Below are positions 19,304-30,273 of a stretch of 64,000 bases of DNA, one piece after another. Below the pieces are notes generated by a model. It searched no databases and was not told the origin of the DNA. It saw nothing but the letters and a program-made list of their open reading frames with translations. This DNA is from Bacteroidota bacterium. Lineage in GTDB: Bacteria; Bacteroidota; Bacteroidia; Bacteroidales; FEN-979. The position numbers and the translations under genes are program-made. Numbering within the stretch: the first letter of the stretch is position 1; every line of letters begins with the position of its first letter. The stretch spans positions 3,404 to 67,403 of the forward strand of contig JAPLDK010000033.1 in assembly GCA_026391775.1 (NCBI GenBank), in the 5' to 3' direction.

Positions 19304-19371
19304 TGAGAAGTCCGTTTTGGTCAATACCCTGATTACCCTTAACTGAAGTATTTTTAATTCATGTTTTCCGG

Positions 19372-19926
19372 ATGGCTCAACAAAATATCACATTGATCTC
19401 TTACGGGTATTTCGGGAAACAATTTCTTGAGAAGATCGCAGAGGCAGTAAAACAGGAATATAAATTTCCTGTGAATTTCAAAGAATCCCATTTGGACCTA
19501 AGTGAATTTTTCGACCCGGGAAGAAGGCAGTATAACGGGAATAAATTATTGCATGCGGTTGAGGCCATATCCAGGCCGGAGGCATTGAAAACCGTGGGAT
19601 TATTCAGCGTTGATCTTTTTATCCCTATCCTGACTTATATTTTCGGGCAGGCTCTTTTGAACGGACGTACCGGAATTGTCTCACTCTACCGCTTAAGTAA
19701 TGAACGTTACGGGATAGAAGCCGATGACAAACTGCTCCTGGAAAGGTTTACCAAGGAAGTTATTCACGAATTGGGCCATACCTTCGGATTGATCCATTGT
19801 ATGGCTCCAAGCTGCGTTATGAGGTCCAGTACTTATGTTGAAGACATCGATCAGAAAAACCAGAATCTCTGCCACCATTGCCGGGAACAACTATCCACGG
19901 TAATACCTGATCAGATTATTGGTTGA
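19372..19926 (+). CDS. Archaemetzincin (M54) zinc metallopeptidase
   Basis: [19 protein letters not shown] Met-turn, C..C Cys4 zinc site. Confidence 0.9.
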   Translation: MAQQNITLISYGYFGKQFLEKIAEAVKQEYKFPVNFKESHLDLSEFFDPGRRQYNGNKLLHAVEAISRPEALKTVGLFSVDLFIPILTYIFGQALLNGRTGIVSLYRLSNERYGIEADDKLLLERFTKEVIHELGHTFGLIHCMAPSCVMRSSTYVEDIDQKNQNLCHHCREQLSTVIPDQIIG

Positions 19927-22242
19927 ACTGTCATGATCGGGCTGCTTCCGCCTGTTCTGCAATTCGGGGATGATCTTCATGGCCAGGATTTTTCCCAGTT
20001 CCACTCCCATTTGGTCGAAGGGATTGATCCCCCATATTACGCCCTGGGTATAAACGGCATGTTCATACATCGCAACCAGCTTGCCCAGTATCCCGGGCGT
20101 GAGCTTATCCATGAAGAATGTTGAAGACGGCCGGTTTCCTTCGAAAACCTTATGGGGCACAAGATGATCGGGAACACCTTCTTTTTTTACTTCGTCTGCG
20201 GATTTTCCGAATGCGAGGGCCTCACCCTGCGCGATCATATTTGCCATCAGGTAGTCCTGATGAAGCGGAAGCGGGTTTAATGAAGTTCTGAATCCCAGGA
20301 AATCACAGGGAATAATGGAAGTTCCCTGGTGGATCAGCTGATAAAACGAATGTTGTCCGTTAGTTCCCGGTTCCCCCCAGTAAACCGCTCCGGTCTGGTA
20401 ATTGGTTTTCGTCCCGTCCAGGGTGACATGTTTCCCGTTGCTTTCCATCGTCAGCTGCTGCAGATAGGCCGGGAAGCGGCTTAGATAGTTATCATAGGGT
20501 AAAACAGCCTGGGTCATTGCCCCGAAGAAATCAACATACCACACACCAAGCAGTCCCATGATCACCGGGATGTTCTTGTCAAACGGCACAGTCCGGAAGT
20601 GTTCGTCCATCTGGTGAAAGCCATCCAGCATCAGATAAAAATTATCAGGACCAATGGCAATCATGGTTGATAAGCCGATAGCGGAATCCAAGGAATACCT
20701 TCCGCCCACCCAGTCCCAGAAACCAAACATGTTACGGGTGTCAATCCCGAATGCGCTTACTTCTTTTTCGTTGGTAGAGACAGCCACAAAGTGGCGTGCA
20801 ACAGCCTGTTCATTAACAAGTTTATCCAACAGCCATTTTCTTGCTGTACGGGCATTGGTCATTGTTTCCAGGGTAGTAAAGGTCTTTGAGGAGACAATGA
20901 ACAGGGTTTCTTCAGGCAGCAAATCCCTGACGGCCTCTGCGAAATCATTTCCATCGATGTTGGATACAAAACGGAAAGTAATATCCCTCTGAGCATAAAA
21001 CTTCAATGCCTCGTAAGCCATCACCGGCCCAAGATCCGATCCTCCGATGCCAATATTCACTATATTCCTGATGATTTTACCGTTATGACCTTTCCATTCA
21101 CCATACCGTATGGCAGTTGCAAATTCAGCCATCTTTTCAAGGACTTCATGCACATCAGGAACCACATTATGGCCATCAACCATGATAATCGCTCCCTTTG
21201 GCGCCCTTAAGGCAGTATGCAGCACCGCTCTGTTTTCGGTGATATTGATTTTTTTTCCTGAAAACATGGCTTCGATTTTCTCGCTTAAACCTCTTTCCCC
21301 GGCCAGCTGTAAAAGCAGGTTCAGGGTTTTGGCTGTAATGCGGTGTTTTGAAAAGTCAAAATATATCCCCAGCTCCTCTAAACTAAACCGTTCTGCACGG
21401 TTTGAATCCTCGCTGAACATGGATCTCAGGGATATGTTTTTTATCTCCTGAAAGTGCTTCTCCAGTAACTTCCAGGCGGGTGATTCAGTTAATTGGTTTT
21501 TCATTTTTAGTATACATTTTAATTTGAATGCCGATTTCTGATCAAGCAGCCAGACCAGTTCCCCGTTTTCGGGCCTTACAAGGGCTGCAGGCAGATGATC
21601 CCAACCACTTAGCTGGTTTATAATCCGGGCAACCTTTGAGGCCTTGGCTTCTCCGCTTGCAAGAATTACAACTGTTTTTGCATTGTTGATGATTTTCCCG
21701 CATGCAGTGATCCGTTTCTGCTTCGTTTCCGGATGTTCCGTGACTTCAAAAAATTTATCACTGTGGAAGAGATCGATGTTAGCTGGAAAAATGGAAGCAG
21801 TATGACCGTCTTCGCCAAGCCCAAGCATCAGGAGATCAGCCCGGGGAATCCCATTATATTGATTCACATGCCTGGCGAATAGTTCAGAGTACTTTACGGC
21901 TTCTGCGGCAGGGTCTTGTTCTCCATGGATCCTGAATATATTGGCTGAAGGGATAGGAACATGCTCCAGCAGGTTCTCGCTGGCCATCCTGAAGTTGCTG
22001 TCCTCCGATTCAGGCCCGACACAACGTTCATCTCCCCAGAAAACCTTAACTTTATTCCAGTCAATACTGTCTCTGCAGCATAAAACAATTTCCCTGAAAA
22101 TTTTTTTTGGCGTGGTTCCTCCTGATAATACCCATGAGAATTTTTGGTCACGGGGTGTTTCCCTGACGCAAAGTTCAAGAATTGAAGCAAAATATTGCGC
22201 TAATTCATCAAGAGTTTCAACTATTTTTATTGTAGTCCCCAT
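19891..22242 (-). CDS. pgi: In-frame 6-phosphogluconolactonase (Pgl, about aa 1-246) and glucose-6-phosphate isomerase (Pgi, from Met at 21504)
   Basis: [25 protein letters not shown] (Pgl); [41 protein letters not shown] (Pgi); no stop between the parts. Confidence 0.88.
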   Translation of the reverse strand: MGTTIKIVETLDELAQYFASILELCVRETPRDQKFSWVLSGGTTPKKIFREIVLCCRDSIDWNKVKVFWGDERCVGPESEDSNFRMASENLLEHVPIPSANIFRIHGEQDPAAEAVKYSELFARHVNQYNGIPRADLLMLGLGEDGHTASIFPANIDLFHSDKFFEVTEHPETKQKRITACGKIINNAKTVVILASGEAKASKVARIINQLSGWDHLPAALVRPENGELVWLLDQKSAFKLKCILKMKNQLTESPAWKLLEKHFQEIKNISLRSMFSEDSNRAERFSLEELGIYFDFSKHRITAKTLNLLLQLAGERGLSEKIEAMFSGKKINITENRAVLHTALRAPKGAIIMVDGHNVVPDVHEVLEKMAEFATAIRYGEWKGHNGKIIRNIVNIGIGGSDLGPVMAYEALKFYAQRDITFRFVSNIDGNDFAEAVRDLLPEETLFIVSSKTFTTLETMTNARTARKWLLDKLVNEQAVARHFVAVSTNEKEVSAFGIDTRNMFGFWDWVGGRYSLDSAIGLSTMIAIGPDNFYLMLDGFHQMDEHFRTVPFDKNIPVIMGLLGVWYVDFFGAMTQAVLPYDNYLSRFPAYLQQLTMESNGKHVTLDGTKTNYQTGAVYWGEPGTNGQHSFYQLIHQGTSIIPCDFLGFRTSLNPLPLHQDYLMANMIAQGEALAFGKSADEVKKEGVPDHLVPHKVFEGNRPSSTFFMDKLTPGILGKLVAMYEHAVYTQGVIWGINPFDQMGVELGKILAMKIIPELQNRRKQPDHDSSTNNLIRYYRG

Positions 22243-22244
22243 TC

Positions 22245-23765
22245 TTATAATTCGCAGTAAATACCGTCATCAGCCAGGTTTTTACAAGGGTACCGCCAGG
22301 TCATCTCCTTACCTTCAATCAGATCGTCGGCTTGTTCAGGTCCCCAGGTTCCTGCCGGATACCCATACAGAGGAACTTCATGCTCGTTTTTCCATGCTTC
22401 AATTACAGGGGCAAGAAATTTCCATGCTTCGAGCAACTCTTCGGTCCTTGCAAACAAGGTAGCATCCCCGTTTATCGAATCAAAGATCAGCCTTTCATAA
22501 GCCGACGGGATTCTTTGATTTGAAAGATCTTTGTAGTGAAAATCCATATTAACATTCTGGACCTCAAAGCCGGCGCCAGGCGTTTTCATCCCGAATTTCA
22601 AAAGGATTCCTTCATCAGGCTGGATTCTAATAACCAGCTGATTCCAAGCCTGACGGTACCCGTGGCCCGAGAACAGAAAATGCGGGGTTGGTTTGAAATG
22701 GATTACAACCTCGGTTACGCGGGTTGGCATCCGTTTGCCGGTGCGGATATAAAACGGAACTCCACCCCAGCGCCAGTTGTCAATATAAAACTTTAATGCC
22801 GCAAAAGTCTCTGTGAGGGAGTCCGGGTCAACACCTTCTTCCTCCCGGTAGCCTTTTATGGCTTTGCCCTTAACCGTCGAGGATACGTATTGCCCTCGAA
22901 TGGCGGAATTTCTCACATCTTCTCTTCGTATAGGCCTTAATGACTGTAAAACTTTTAATATTTCATTTCGTATGGCGGAAGGGTCCAGGGACGACGGCGG
23001 CTCCATGGCTGTGAGGGCGGCCACCTGCAACAAATGATTCTGAACCATATCACGCAGTGAACCTGAGCTGTCGAAGTACCCGCCCCGCTTCTCAACCCCT
23101 ATGCTTTCCGCAGAAGTAATTTCAACATGATGTATATAATTCCTGTTCCACAAGGGTTCGAACATTCCGTTTGAAAATCTTGTGACCAGAAGATTCTGAA
23201 CAGTTTCTTTGCCTAAGTAGTGGTCGATCCTGAACAACTGGCCCTCATCCCAGTCATTCAGCAACAGGTTTTTAAGTTTTATGGCAGATTCAAGATCATA
23301 GCCAAATGGTTTTTCGATGATCAGCCGTTTCCAGCCATCGTCCTGCTGATGAAGGCCCACAGCCGCAAGATGTCGGGGGATTATGCCATACAAACTGGGA
23401 GGGGTTGACATATAAAAAACGGTATTTCCCCCTATCTGGAATTGGCTCCGCAACGTATCAAGCTCCTGCTTTAGTGTAAAATATGCTGAAACGTTATCGA
23501 ACTGAATGGCCGTATAATGAAGTTTTGCTGTGAATTCGTCAATTCCTGAAGCATCATCAATTTCCTTAAATTCATTGATGGCCGATTTCATTCCTTCCCT
23601 GAAATCCTCAGTTGTGATCATAGAACGGGAAACACCAAGAAGGATGAACCTTTCCGGCAATAATTTCTGGATATAGAGTGAGTATAAAGCGGGGATCAGC
23701 TTTCTTTTAGTTAAATCGCCGGAAGCTCCGAAGATGACATAGATAAGGCTATCGGTACTACTCAT
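22245..23765 (-). CDS. zwf: Glucose-6-phosphate 1-dehydrogenase
   Basis: [29 protein letters not shown]. Confidence 0.96.
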   Translation of the reverse strand: MSSTDSLIYVIFGASGDLTKRKLIPALYSLYIQKLLPERFILLGVSRSMITTEDFREGMKSAINEFKEIDDASGIDEFTAKLHYTAIQFDNVSAYFTLKQELDTLRSQFQIGGNTVFYMSTPPSLYGIIPRHLAAVGLHQQDDGWKRLIIEKPFGYDLESAIKLKNLLLNDWDEGQLFRIDHYLGKETVQNLLVTRFSNGMFEPLWNRNYIHHVEITSAESIGVEKRGGYFDSSGSLRDMVQNHLLQVAALTAMEPPSSLDPSAIRNEILKVLQSLRPIRREDVRNSAIRGQYVSSTVKGKAIKGYREEEGVDPDSLTETFAALKFYIDNWRWGGVPFYIRTGKRMPTRVTEVVIHFKPTPHFLFSGHGYRQAWNQLVIRIQPDEGILLKFGMKTPGAGFEVQNVNMDFHYKDLSNQRIPSAYERLIFDSINGDATLFARTEELLEAWKFLAPVIEAWKNEHEVPLYGYPAGTWGPEQADDLIEGKEMTWRYPCKNLADDGIYCEL

Positions 23766-23769
23766 TTTG

Positions 23770-24672
23770 TTACTCTTTTATTTTGACGGCATGGCCACCG
23801 AACTGGTTCCGGAGCGCTGCAAGCATCTTCATGGCAAAGGATTCCTTCTGCCGCGACTGGAAGCGGTTATACAGGGAAGCTGTGATTACATGGGCAGGTA
23901 CGTCAAAATCAATAGCCGTTTGCACAGTCCAGCGTCCTTCCCCGCTATCCTGAACAAAATCTTCCAGGTAATCCAGTTTGGGATCTGCCTTAAGGGCATC
24001 CACAGCCAGTTCCAGCAGCCATGACCGAACAACGCTTCCATATTGCCAGGCATCGGCGATTTTTGGCAAATCCAGGTCAAATGGAGTTTTTTCAAGGATC
24101 TCAAACCCCTCGGCAAATGACTGCATCATTCCATATTCAATCCCGTTATGGACCATCTTCACCAGGTGGCCGGTGCCGGATATCCCGCAATAAACATATC
24201 CATGTTCGGGAGCCAGGGATTTGAACAAGGGTTCAGCATATTTCGCTGCTTCCCTGTTTCCCCCGTACATCAGGCAGTATCCGTTTTTCAGCCCCCAAAC
24301 TCCGCCGCTTGTGCCGCAATCAATGTAATGGACGCCATGTAAAGCCGCTCTTCCGGCGCGGGCCTGTGTATCCCTCCAGTAAGAGTTTCCCCCGTCGATA
24401 ATGATATCCTCTTTGTTTAATAAGGTCAGAAGCAGATCAAGGTTATCGTCCACAGGTTTACCGGCAGGGACCATCATCCAGACGATTTTACGCCCGGGAA
24501 GTTTTTCGGTCAGGTCTTTTACAGAGGTGGCACCGATGGCACCCTTTTTGGAAATTTCATCAACGGTTGCGAGCGTCCTGTTCCATACCACTATTTCATG
24601 ATGATCGTTTAATAAGCGCCGGACCATATTAAAGCCCATCTTTCCTAGTCCGATAAACCCGATTCTCATCAT
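23770..24672 (-). CDS. gnd: 6-phosphogluconate dehydrogenase (decarboxylating), short form
   Basis: GLGKMG, IDGGN, TSGGVWG, KMVHNGIEYG, RNQFGGH. Confidence 0.94.
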   Translation of the reverse strand: MMRIGFIGLGKMGFNMVRRLLNDHHEIVVWNRTLATVDEISKKGAIGATSVKDLTEKLPGRKIVWMMVPAGKPVDDNLDLLLTLLNKEDIIIDGGNSYWRDTQARAGRAALHGVHYIDCGTSGGVWGLKNGYCLMYGGNREAAKYAEPLFKSLAPEHGYVYCGISGTGHLVKMVHNGIEYGMMQSFAEGFEILEKTPFDLDLPKIADAWQYGSVVRSWLLELAVDALKADPKLDYLEDFVQDSGEGRWTVQTAIDFDVPAHVITASLYNRFQSRQKESFAMKMLAALRNQFGGHAVKIKE

Positions 24673-24739
24673 TGGTTTTTTGATTTTAAAATGTTAATAT
24701 CATAAAGACAATCTTCAAATCTACAAAATATTGGTCATT

Positions 24740-24772
24740 AAAAAGCCCCGCGAAAATCACGAGGCTTTTTTT
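24740..24772 (-). terminator. Intrinsic terminator downstream of the ars operon
   Basis: Minus strand AAAAAAAGCCTCGTGATTTTCGCGGGGCTTTTT. Confidence 0.7.
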
Positions 24773-24918
24773 AACATTCTCTACGTGTTGGCTTGGCTTG
24801 TAGCCTTTGTGGCTTCAGAAGTCACAGTTTACGAAGAATAAGCTAAAAGTCAATTGTATGAGTCCTCGGTGCCCAATATCCTGCATCCTGTATCCTCTAT
24901 CCCGTACCCTACAGGAAA

Positions 24919-25965
24919 TTACACCGAAACTTTAAAATACTTCACTTTGAATCTTAACGCCACATTCACCAGGGCGATCAGCACCGGCACCTCCACCAAA
25001 GGACCGATGACAGCTGCAAAGGCTTCACCTGAATTTATCCCGAAAACAGCAATGGCAACGGCAATAGCCAGCTCGAAATTGTTGCTTGCCGCTGTAAACG
25101 AAAGTGTCGCTGACTGTTCGTATGTTGCTCCAACCCTTTTACCCATCCAGAACGATACCAGGAACATGATCACAAAGTAAATGCATAAAGGAATAGCAAT
25201 GAGAATGACATCCAGGGGGATCCTGATAATGTATTCCCCTTTGAGCGAAAACATCACGAGTATGGTGAAAAGCAAGGCTAAGAGGGTAAGCGGACTGATT
25301 TTCGGAATAAATTTCGTATGATACCACTCCTTGCTTTTTATCCTTATAAGGATGAATCTCGTGAGAAATCCCGCCAGGAAAGGTATCCCAAGATATATGA
25401 AAACACTTTTGGCAATTTGTAATATAGTGATATTCTCAACGATGCTGTTCGTAGGAAGCCCGAACCATGCAGGGAAAACAGCAATGAAAAGCCAGGCATA
25501 TAATGAAAAAAACAAGACCTGGAAGATGGAATTGAAAGCCACAAGCCCGGCACAATATTCGGTATCGCCTTTAGCCAGTTCGTTCCATACGATTACCATG
25601 GCAATGCATCGGGCAAGGCCGATCAGGATCAGCCCGTACATATAGTCTATGTTAAATTGCAGGAAAATAATGGCCAGGAGAAACATAAGCACCGGCCCTA
25701 TCAGCCAGTTCTGGACTAATGACAACCCTAATACCCTGGTGTTTTTAAACACATCGCCCAACTCCTCATATTTAACTTTGGCCAGGGGAGGATACATCAT
25801 CACGATGAGTCCGATGGCAATAGGGATATTGGTCGTTCCCGACGACATGGAGTTCCAGAAGCCGGCAATACCTGGATAAAGCCATCCCCAAAAAACACCA
25901 ATAGCCATAGCCAGAAAGATCCATAAGGTCAGATAACGGTCTAAAAATTTCAGTCTTGTTTTCAT
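24919..25965 (-). CDS. acr3: ACR3 family arsenite efflux transporter
   Basis: [46 protein letters not shown]. Confidence 0.95.
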   Translation of the reverse strand: MKTRLKFLDRYLTLWIFLAMAIGVFWGWLYPGIAGFWNSMSSGTTNIPIAIGLIVMMYPPLAKVKYEELGDVFKNTRVLGLSLVQNWLIGPVLMFLLAIIFLQFNIDYMYGLILIGLARCIAMVIVWNELAKGDTEYCAGLVAFNSIFQVLFFSLYAWLFIAVFPAWFGLPTNSIVENITILQIAKSVFIYLGIPFLAGFLTRFILIRIKSKEWYHTKFIPKISPLTLLALLFTILVMFSLKGEYIIRIPLDVILIAIPLCIYFVIMFLVSFWMGKRVGATYEQSATLSFTAASNNFELAIAVAIAVFGINSGEAFAAVIGPLVEVPVLIALVNVALRFKVKYFKVSV

Positions 25966-25969
25966 ATTG

Positions 25970-26398
25970 TCAAATTTTCAGGTCATTATAAAACTGCATA
26001 AATCTTGCCCTGATCTCATCCCTCACCCTGCGGTAAACCGCCATCACCTCATCCGCAGTCCCCACAGCATCTGCAGGATCGTCAAAGCCGATATGCAAAC
26101 GATGTCTAACATTCCCGATAAATACTGGGCAAATTTCTTTGGCCCCGTCACAAACCGTGATCACATAATCAAATGGCTCGGCAACAAAAAGATCGACATT
26201 TTTAGGTTTGTTTTCAGAGATATCAATCCCCGCTTCTTTCATGGCTGCCACTGCATTGGGGTTGGGCCGTAATGCAGGTTTTGTTCCTGCTGAATATACT
26301 TCAAGCCCGGGATCAAAGGATCTCAAAAATCCTTCCGCCATCTGGCTGCGGCAGGAGTTTCCGGTACAGAGGATCAGGATTTTCATAATTGAATTCAA
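25970..26398 (-). CDS. arsC: Arsenate reductase, LMW-PTP / thioredoxin-coupled type
   Basis: [18 protein letters not shown]....CP, FDDP. Confidence 0.93.
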   Translation of the reverse strand: MNSIMKILILCTGNSCRSQMAEGFLRSFDPGLEVYSAGTKPALRPNPNAVAAMKEAGIDISENKPKNVDLFVAEPFDYVITVCDGAKEICPVFIGNVRHRLHIGFDDPADAVGTADEVMAVYRRVRDEIRARFMQFYNDLKI

Positions 26399-26414
26399 GG
26401 TTATGAATAAAACA

Positions 26415-28133
26415 TTAATTCCGATTACTCCATTTGATCAGGGCAGCATGATTGTTTGACAACTGTTTTACTCTTTCAATCCATCTTAATTCGTGCATTG
26501 CTTTCTCCCTGAGAAATGGATTTTTTGTCTCAATCATTGAAAAACAGGCATTCACTACCCACCATTTATTATGAATTCCGGCACGTTGCAAGTCTTTCTG
26601 CAACCTTTCAGCTTCAAATACCGGTGTCGCTTCCGGCAGGGTCACAATAACAACCTCGGTTTCCTGAGGATTACGCAATCTCGGTAACAGATTCCGAACG
26701 GCTTCAGAACTGTCACCCTGGGTTCGCTGTACTTCGCGATGGTAACTTTCCGTTGCATCAAGCAATAACAATGTATGTCCTGTGGGAGCAGTATCAATAA
26801 CGACAATCTCCTGGCCGGCTTTTTCCACAATCCGGGCAAATGCTTTAAAAACAGCTATCTCCTGGGTACATGGGGAGCGTAAATCTTCTTCAATGTATTC
26901 CATATCAGAGGCTGAAATTGCTCCTGCCATTTTAGACCGGACCTCATTTTTATACTCTTCCAATACTTCGGTTTCATCTATTTTGCTGACACTAATTCCA
27001 GAATCAATTGCGTCATCATAGTTTAAATGATTAGCAGGATCTGTTGTTGTTAAATGAACTTTCGAACCTCTTTTGGCTAAACCTATTGCTATTTTAGTAG
27101 CTAAGGTAGTTTTCCCAACACCTCCTTTACCCATAACAAATACAACCCTTTTACCTGTATGGTAAAGGTCATCAATGAGATCTTCTGCCGTCAATTCATT
27201 AGTTAATAGTCTATAACCAGAATCCTTGTCAGTAAGCACATCCTCATACAGCATCCTTCGTATATTACCGATATTTGAAAGATTATATGAACGCATAGGC
27301 ACTGTAAATAAAGGGTACTTTCTCAGAGAATCAGGAATTTGTAATAAAGCCTCCTGTTGATTTTCATGAAGTTGTTTTGAAACCATATCCGATTCATCCA
27401 CATCCTGGAGGATGGCGTTGATAACAAGAATCTGGTTTTTAATTCCCAATTCCCGGAGCTCAGAAGATGAACGTGCTGCCTCCAGGAGCGGAGATATCTC
27501 AGGCCTGCTGACCAATATCAAATTTGTTTCCTTCTCATTAGCTAAAGTCTGAACCGCTTGTTTATAAATTTCCTTTCTTTGCTCGAGCCCCGACAGCTGA
27601 CCTAAACAGGAAGCTCCATGTGTACTTTCACTTATAAATGTACTCCAGGCCGATGGCAATTGTAACATTCTTAATGCATGACCGGTTGGAGCTGTATCGA
27701 AAATAATATGGTCATATTGATCATGCTTTACGGGGTCGGTTATAAAGTCAGAAAATTCGTTGAAGGCTGCGATCTCAACGGTACATGAACCCGATAATTG
27801 CTCTTCCATGTTTTGAATGACACTTATTGGAAGTTTTCCGCGGAATGGGCCTACAACGCTTTCTTTATATACAGCGGCAGCCTCTTCCGGATCAAGATTA
27901 ACAACAGTCAATCCGGGAACTTCCAGAATTTGCACACCTTCACCATTTAGTGGTTGGTTGAATACGTCTTGCAGGTTCGATGCAGGATCAGTGCTGATGA
28001 GTAATATCTTTTTCCCTGAATCGGCCAAACCAATTGCCGTTGAACAGGCAAGCGAAGTCTTGCCAACTCCACCTTTCCCGGTAAAGAACAAATATTTTGT
28101 TACTGCTGTTTCAGATACGTTAAATGGTTTCAT
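26415..28133 (-). CDS. arsA: Arsenical pump-driving ATPase
   Basis: Two GKGGVGKT P-loops, two DTAPTGH motifs, SGSCT and SPCT. Confidence 0.95.
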   Translation of the reverse strand: MKPFNVSETAVTKYLFFTGKGGVGKTSLACSTAIGLADSGKKILLISTDPASNLQDVFNQPLNGEGVQILEVPGLTVVNLDPEEAAAVYKESVVGPFRGKLPISVIQNMEEQLSGSCTVEIAAFNEFSDFITDPVKHDQYDHIIFDTAPTGHALRMLQLPSAWSTFISESTHGASCLGQLSGLEQRKEIYKQAVQTLANEKETNLILVSRPEISPLLEAARSSSELRELGIKNQILVINAILQDVDESDMVSKQLHENQQEALLQIPDSLRKYPLFTVPMRSYNLSNIGNIRRMLYEDVLTDKDSGYRLLTNELTAEDLIDDLYHTGKRVVFVMGKGGVGKTTLATKIAIGLAKRGSKVHLTTTDPANHLNYDDAIDSGISVSKIDETEVLEEYKNEVRSKMAGAISASDMEYIEEDLRSPCTQEIAVFKAFARIVEKAGQEIVVIDTAPTGHTLLLLDATESYHREVQRTQGDSSEAVRNLLPRLRNPQETEVVIVTLPEATPVFEAERLQKDLQRAGIHNKWWVVNACFSMIETKNPFLREKAMHELRWIERVKQLSNNHAALIKWSNRN

Positions 28134-28147
28134 TTTCTTCCCGGATT

Positions 28148-28477
28148 TCAGGATACCTGAGGAATGAATTCAAGATTAACCCCTGTCCATTCGGTGAGCT
28201 GTTCATTGGTAGGATACTTTTTGGCAACTTCCAGTTTGCCATCCACAAGCGTTATCGGAAGGGCATCGGCACCATTCTCCTGTAGAAATTTGTTCACTAC
28301 TGAGTTATCGACATAAAGCTGAGGTACATCCCGTAAATTATGACGCATAATCTCCACATCTTTACGTTTAAGCGCTTCAACTGCCGCTGCAATTCTCATT
28401 AAATCAGGATTAATATTGGGGCCGCATAATCCCGTAGGACAACACAGAGCCGGGTCAAAAATTTCGATCTTCTTCAT
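28148..28477 (-). CDS. arsD: Arsenic metallochaperone
   Basis: FDPALCCPTGLCG, LPITLVDG, YPT. Confidence 0.93.
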   Translation of the reverse strand: MKKIEIFDPALCCPTGLCGPNINPDLMRIAAAVEALKRKDVEIMRHNLRDVPQLYVDNSVVNKFLQENGADALPITLVDGKLEVAKKYPTNEQLTEWTGVNLEFIPQVS

Positions 28478-28503
28478 GATCTGTTTTTGTTTATGATTCG
28501 TTA

Positions 28504-28519
28504 TTCGTAGAAAAACGAA
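28504..28519. promoter_or_regulatory. Putative ArsR operator upstream of arsD
   Basis: TTCGT-AGAAAA-ACGAA, nearly identical to the palindrome upstream of arsR. Confidence 0.65.
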
Positions 28520-28556
28520 GTATTAAGATAAAAAATTCATTTTATGATATTCATGG

Positions 28557-29255
28557 TCATAAAAAGAAAATGAGGATGTAATAGATCCCAACCAGAATAA
28601 ATAAGACCGCTACCACCCTGCGAAACCAGAGTTCAAACACTTTGATCCGGTTGTAAAGCTTCCCAACATTTCCCACGGCATAAGCCAGGAGCCAGGCAAA
28701 AATGATCACAGGCAAGCCGGTGGCAAACGCAAAAACCACGGGGAGGTACAAACCTGTCGGACTGGCTATTGTAATAGGGATCAGCATGGCGAAATAAAGG
28801 ACCCCGCTGTATGGGCAGAAGGCCATTGCAAAGATAATTCCTAGTATCAGTGTACCCCGGTAGCTTCGCTTGCTGTGCTCGCCCATCTTTTCAGCCAGCC
28901 CGGAAAAACCGGGGAACCTGATCTTAATAACGTCCAGCATGAAAAGCCCGATCAGTATAAGCAGGGGGCCCAGCAGCTTTTCGCCCCAGCCCTGGAACAG
29001 CAGGCTGACTTTCATCTTGCTGGCACCGAAATAAAGTATCACTCCCAGCCCGGTGTACGAAATCGCCCTTCCCAGCGTATATACAAGTCCTTTAATAAAT
29101 ACTCGCCGCCGGTTCTCAATATCCCGGCTGATAAACCCTATGGCTGAAATATTAGTGGCCAGCGGACAGGGGCTGATGGCAGTCATCAAACCCAGGATAA
29201 AGGCCGTGAGCGTAGCATACTGTGAATTCTCTAAAATCGCCTGAAGATATTGCAT
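28557..29255 (-). CDS. ArsG-like / CcdA-DsbD-type membrane protein
   Basis: ISPCPLATN and AFCPYS TM cysteines, multi-TM, located in the ars operon. Confidence 0.8.
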   Translation of the reverse strand: MQYLQAILENSQYATLTAFILGLMTAISPCPLATNISAIGFISRDIENRRRVFIKGLVYTLGRAISYTGLGVILYFGASKMKVSLLFQGWGEKLLGPLLILIGLFMLDVIKIRFPGFSGLAEKMGEHSKRSYRGTLILGIIFAMAFCPYSGVLYFAMLIPITIASPTGLYLPVVFAFATGLPVIIFAWLLAYAVGNVGKLYNRIKVFELWFRRVVAVLFILVGIYYILIFFL

Positions 29256-29279
29256 AATTTTCGCTATCTCGCTATTTCG

Positions 29280-29675
29280 CTATTTAATCAGGCTGTCTAC
29301 TGCCTTTTTGATCTCAGCTGTAAGCTTTTCCTGACTATCATTGGCATACAGGAATCCCTTATCGGTAAGGTTGATTTTCTTGTCGCCGCAGATCACGATC
29401 AGGGTCTGGCCGTCAATACTGTATTTTTTACCCAGGGCCTCCCCTGATTTCTCGTCAAGATTAACACTCTGAAAACTTATCTCTCCCTTCTTCAGCTTCT
29501 CGGGATACAGCGTCTCCACTGATTTTTTAGACACATTCTCCACATTCTGGCAGGTAGTGCATCTCCTTGTAAAATGAAAATAATACACTTCAATTTTTCC
29601 GCCGGCAGGTGGATTTATGGCAAACATAGCTGTACAGCTTAGGATTGCCAGGAACAACAAAAGACTTTTATTCAT
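29280..29675 (-). CDS. ArsF-like periplasmic thioredoxin-fold protein
   Basis: Signal peptide, VYYFHFTRRCTTC. Confidence 0.75.
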   Translation of the reverse strand: MNKSLLLFLAILSCTAMFAINPPAGGKIEVYYFHFTRRCTTCQNVENVSKKSVETLYPEKLKKGEISFQSVNLDEKSGEALGKKYSIDGQTLIVICGDKKINLTDKGFLYANDSQEKLTAEIKKAVDSLIK

Positions 29676-29685
29676 GGTAATGGGT

Positions 29686-29919
29686 TTAAGCGGTTAATAT
29701 TTTTTTGATTTCGTCTGCGGATGGCACCCGCCCTTTGACAACCACCTTTTCGTCAACGACAAGGGCCGGAGTTGACATGACCCCGTATTTCATGATCTCC
29801 AGGATGTCTTCAACCTTTGTGATGCTGGCGTTGATTCCGTTTTTTTCCACGACTTCGCGTGTGATTTTGTCGAGGGACTTGCACTTAGCACATCCCGTAC
29901 CCAGGATCTTTATTTCCAT
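29686..29919 (-). CDS. Small redox-active disulfide protein (thioredoxin family)
   Basis: IKILGTGCAKC, YGVMSTPALVVD, GRVP. Confidence 0.88.
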   Translation of the reverse strand: MEIKILGTGCAKCKSLDKITREVVEKNGINASITKVEDILEIMKYGVMSTPALVVDEKVVVKGRVPSADEIKKILTA

Positions 29920-29929
29920 TATATCAGTT

Positions 29930-30262
29930 TTAACATGTATCTCCTGAAAATACCTTACGCTCATAAAACCTGTGAAACAGCTCCCCGGCTTCTTCCCAGT
30001 TCTTTTGGTTGATGCAGTATTTTATATAGGGCGGATTGATCTCTCCCTGGATCAGGCCGGCCTTTTTCAACTCCTTCAAATGTTCCGACAAGGTGGAGCG
30101 TGCAATAGGAAGCTCCTCTGCCATGTCCCCGCTGTAACAGCATTTCCCGATGCTCCCGGCAAGAAAATCAAGTATGAATATCCTTACCGGATGCGCCATT
30201 GCTTTTGAATACAGCGCCATCTTTTCCTGGGACTCAGTCGCAAACTTCTTTTTTGATGTCAT
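29930..30262 (-). CDS. arsR: ArsR/SmtB family repressor
   Basis: KAMAHPVR, KCC, STLSEHLKELKKAGLI, YCIN. Confidence 0.9.
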   Translation of the reverse strand: MTSKKKFATESQEKMALYSKAMAHPVRIFILDFLAGSIGKCCYSGDMAEELPIARSTLSEHLKELKKAGLIQGEINPPYIKYCINQKNWEEAGELFHRFYERKVFSGDTC

Positions 30263-30273
30263 TGCATTTAGTA

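Noticed and set aside
24878-24910. Degenerate ATCCTGY heptamer repeats (similar short repeats near 29259-29285 and 33598-33620)
   Set aside because: Low-complexity intergenic repeats with no evidence of function
24919-30262. ars cluster as a mobile element
   Set aside because: No transposase, integrase, terminal repeats or target duplication visible
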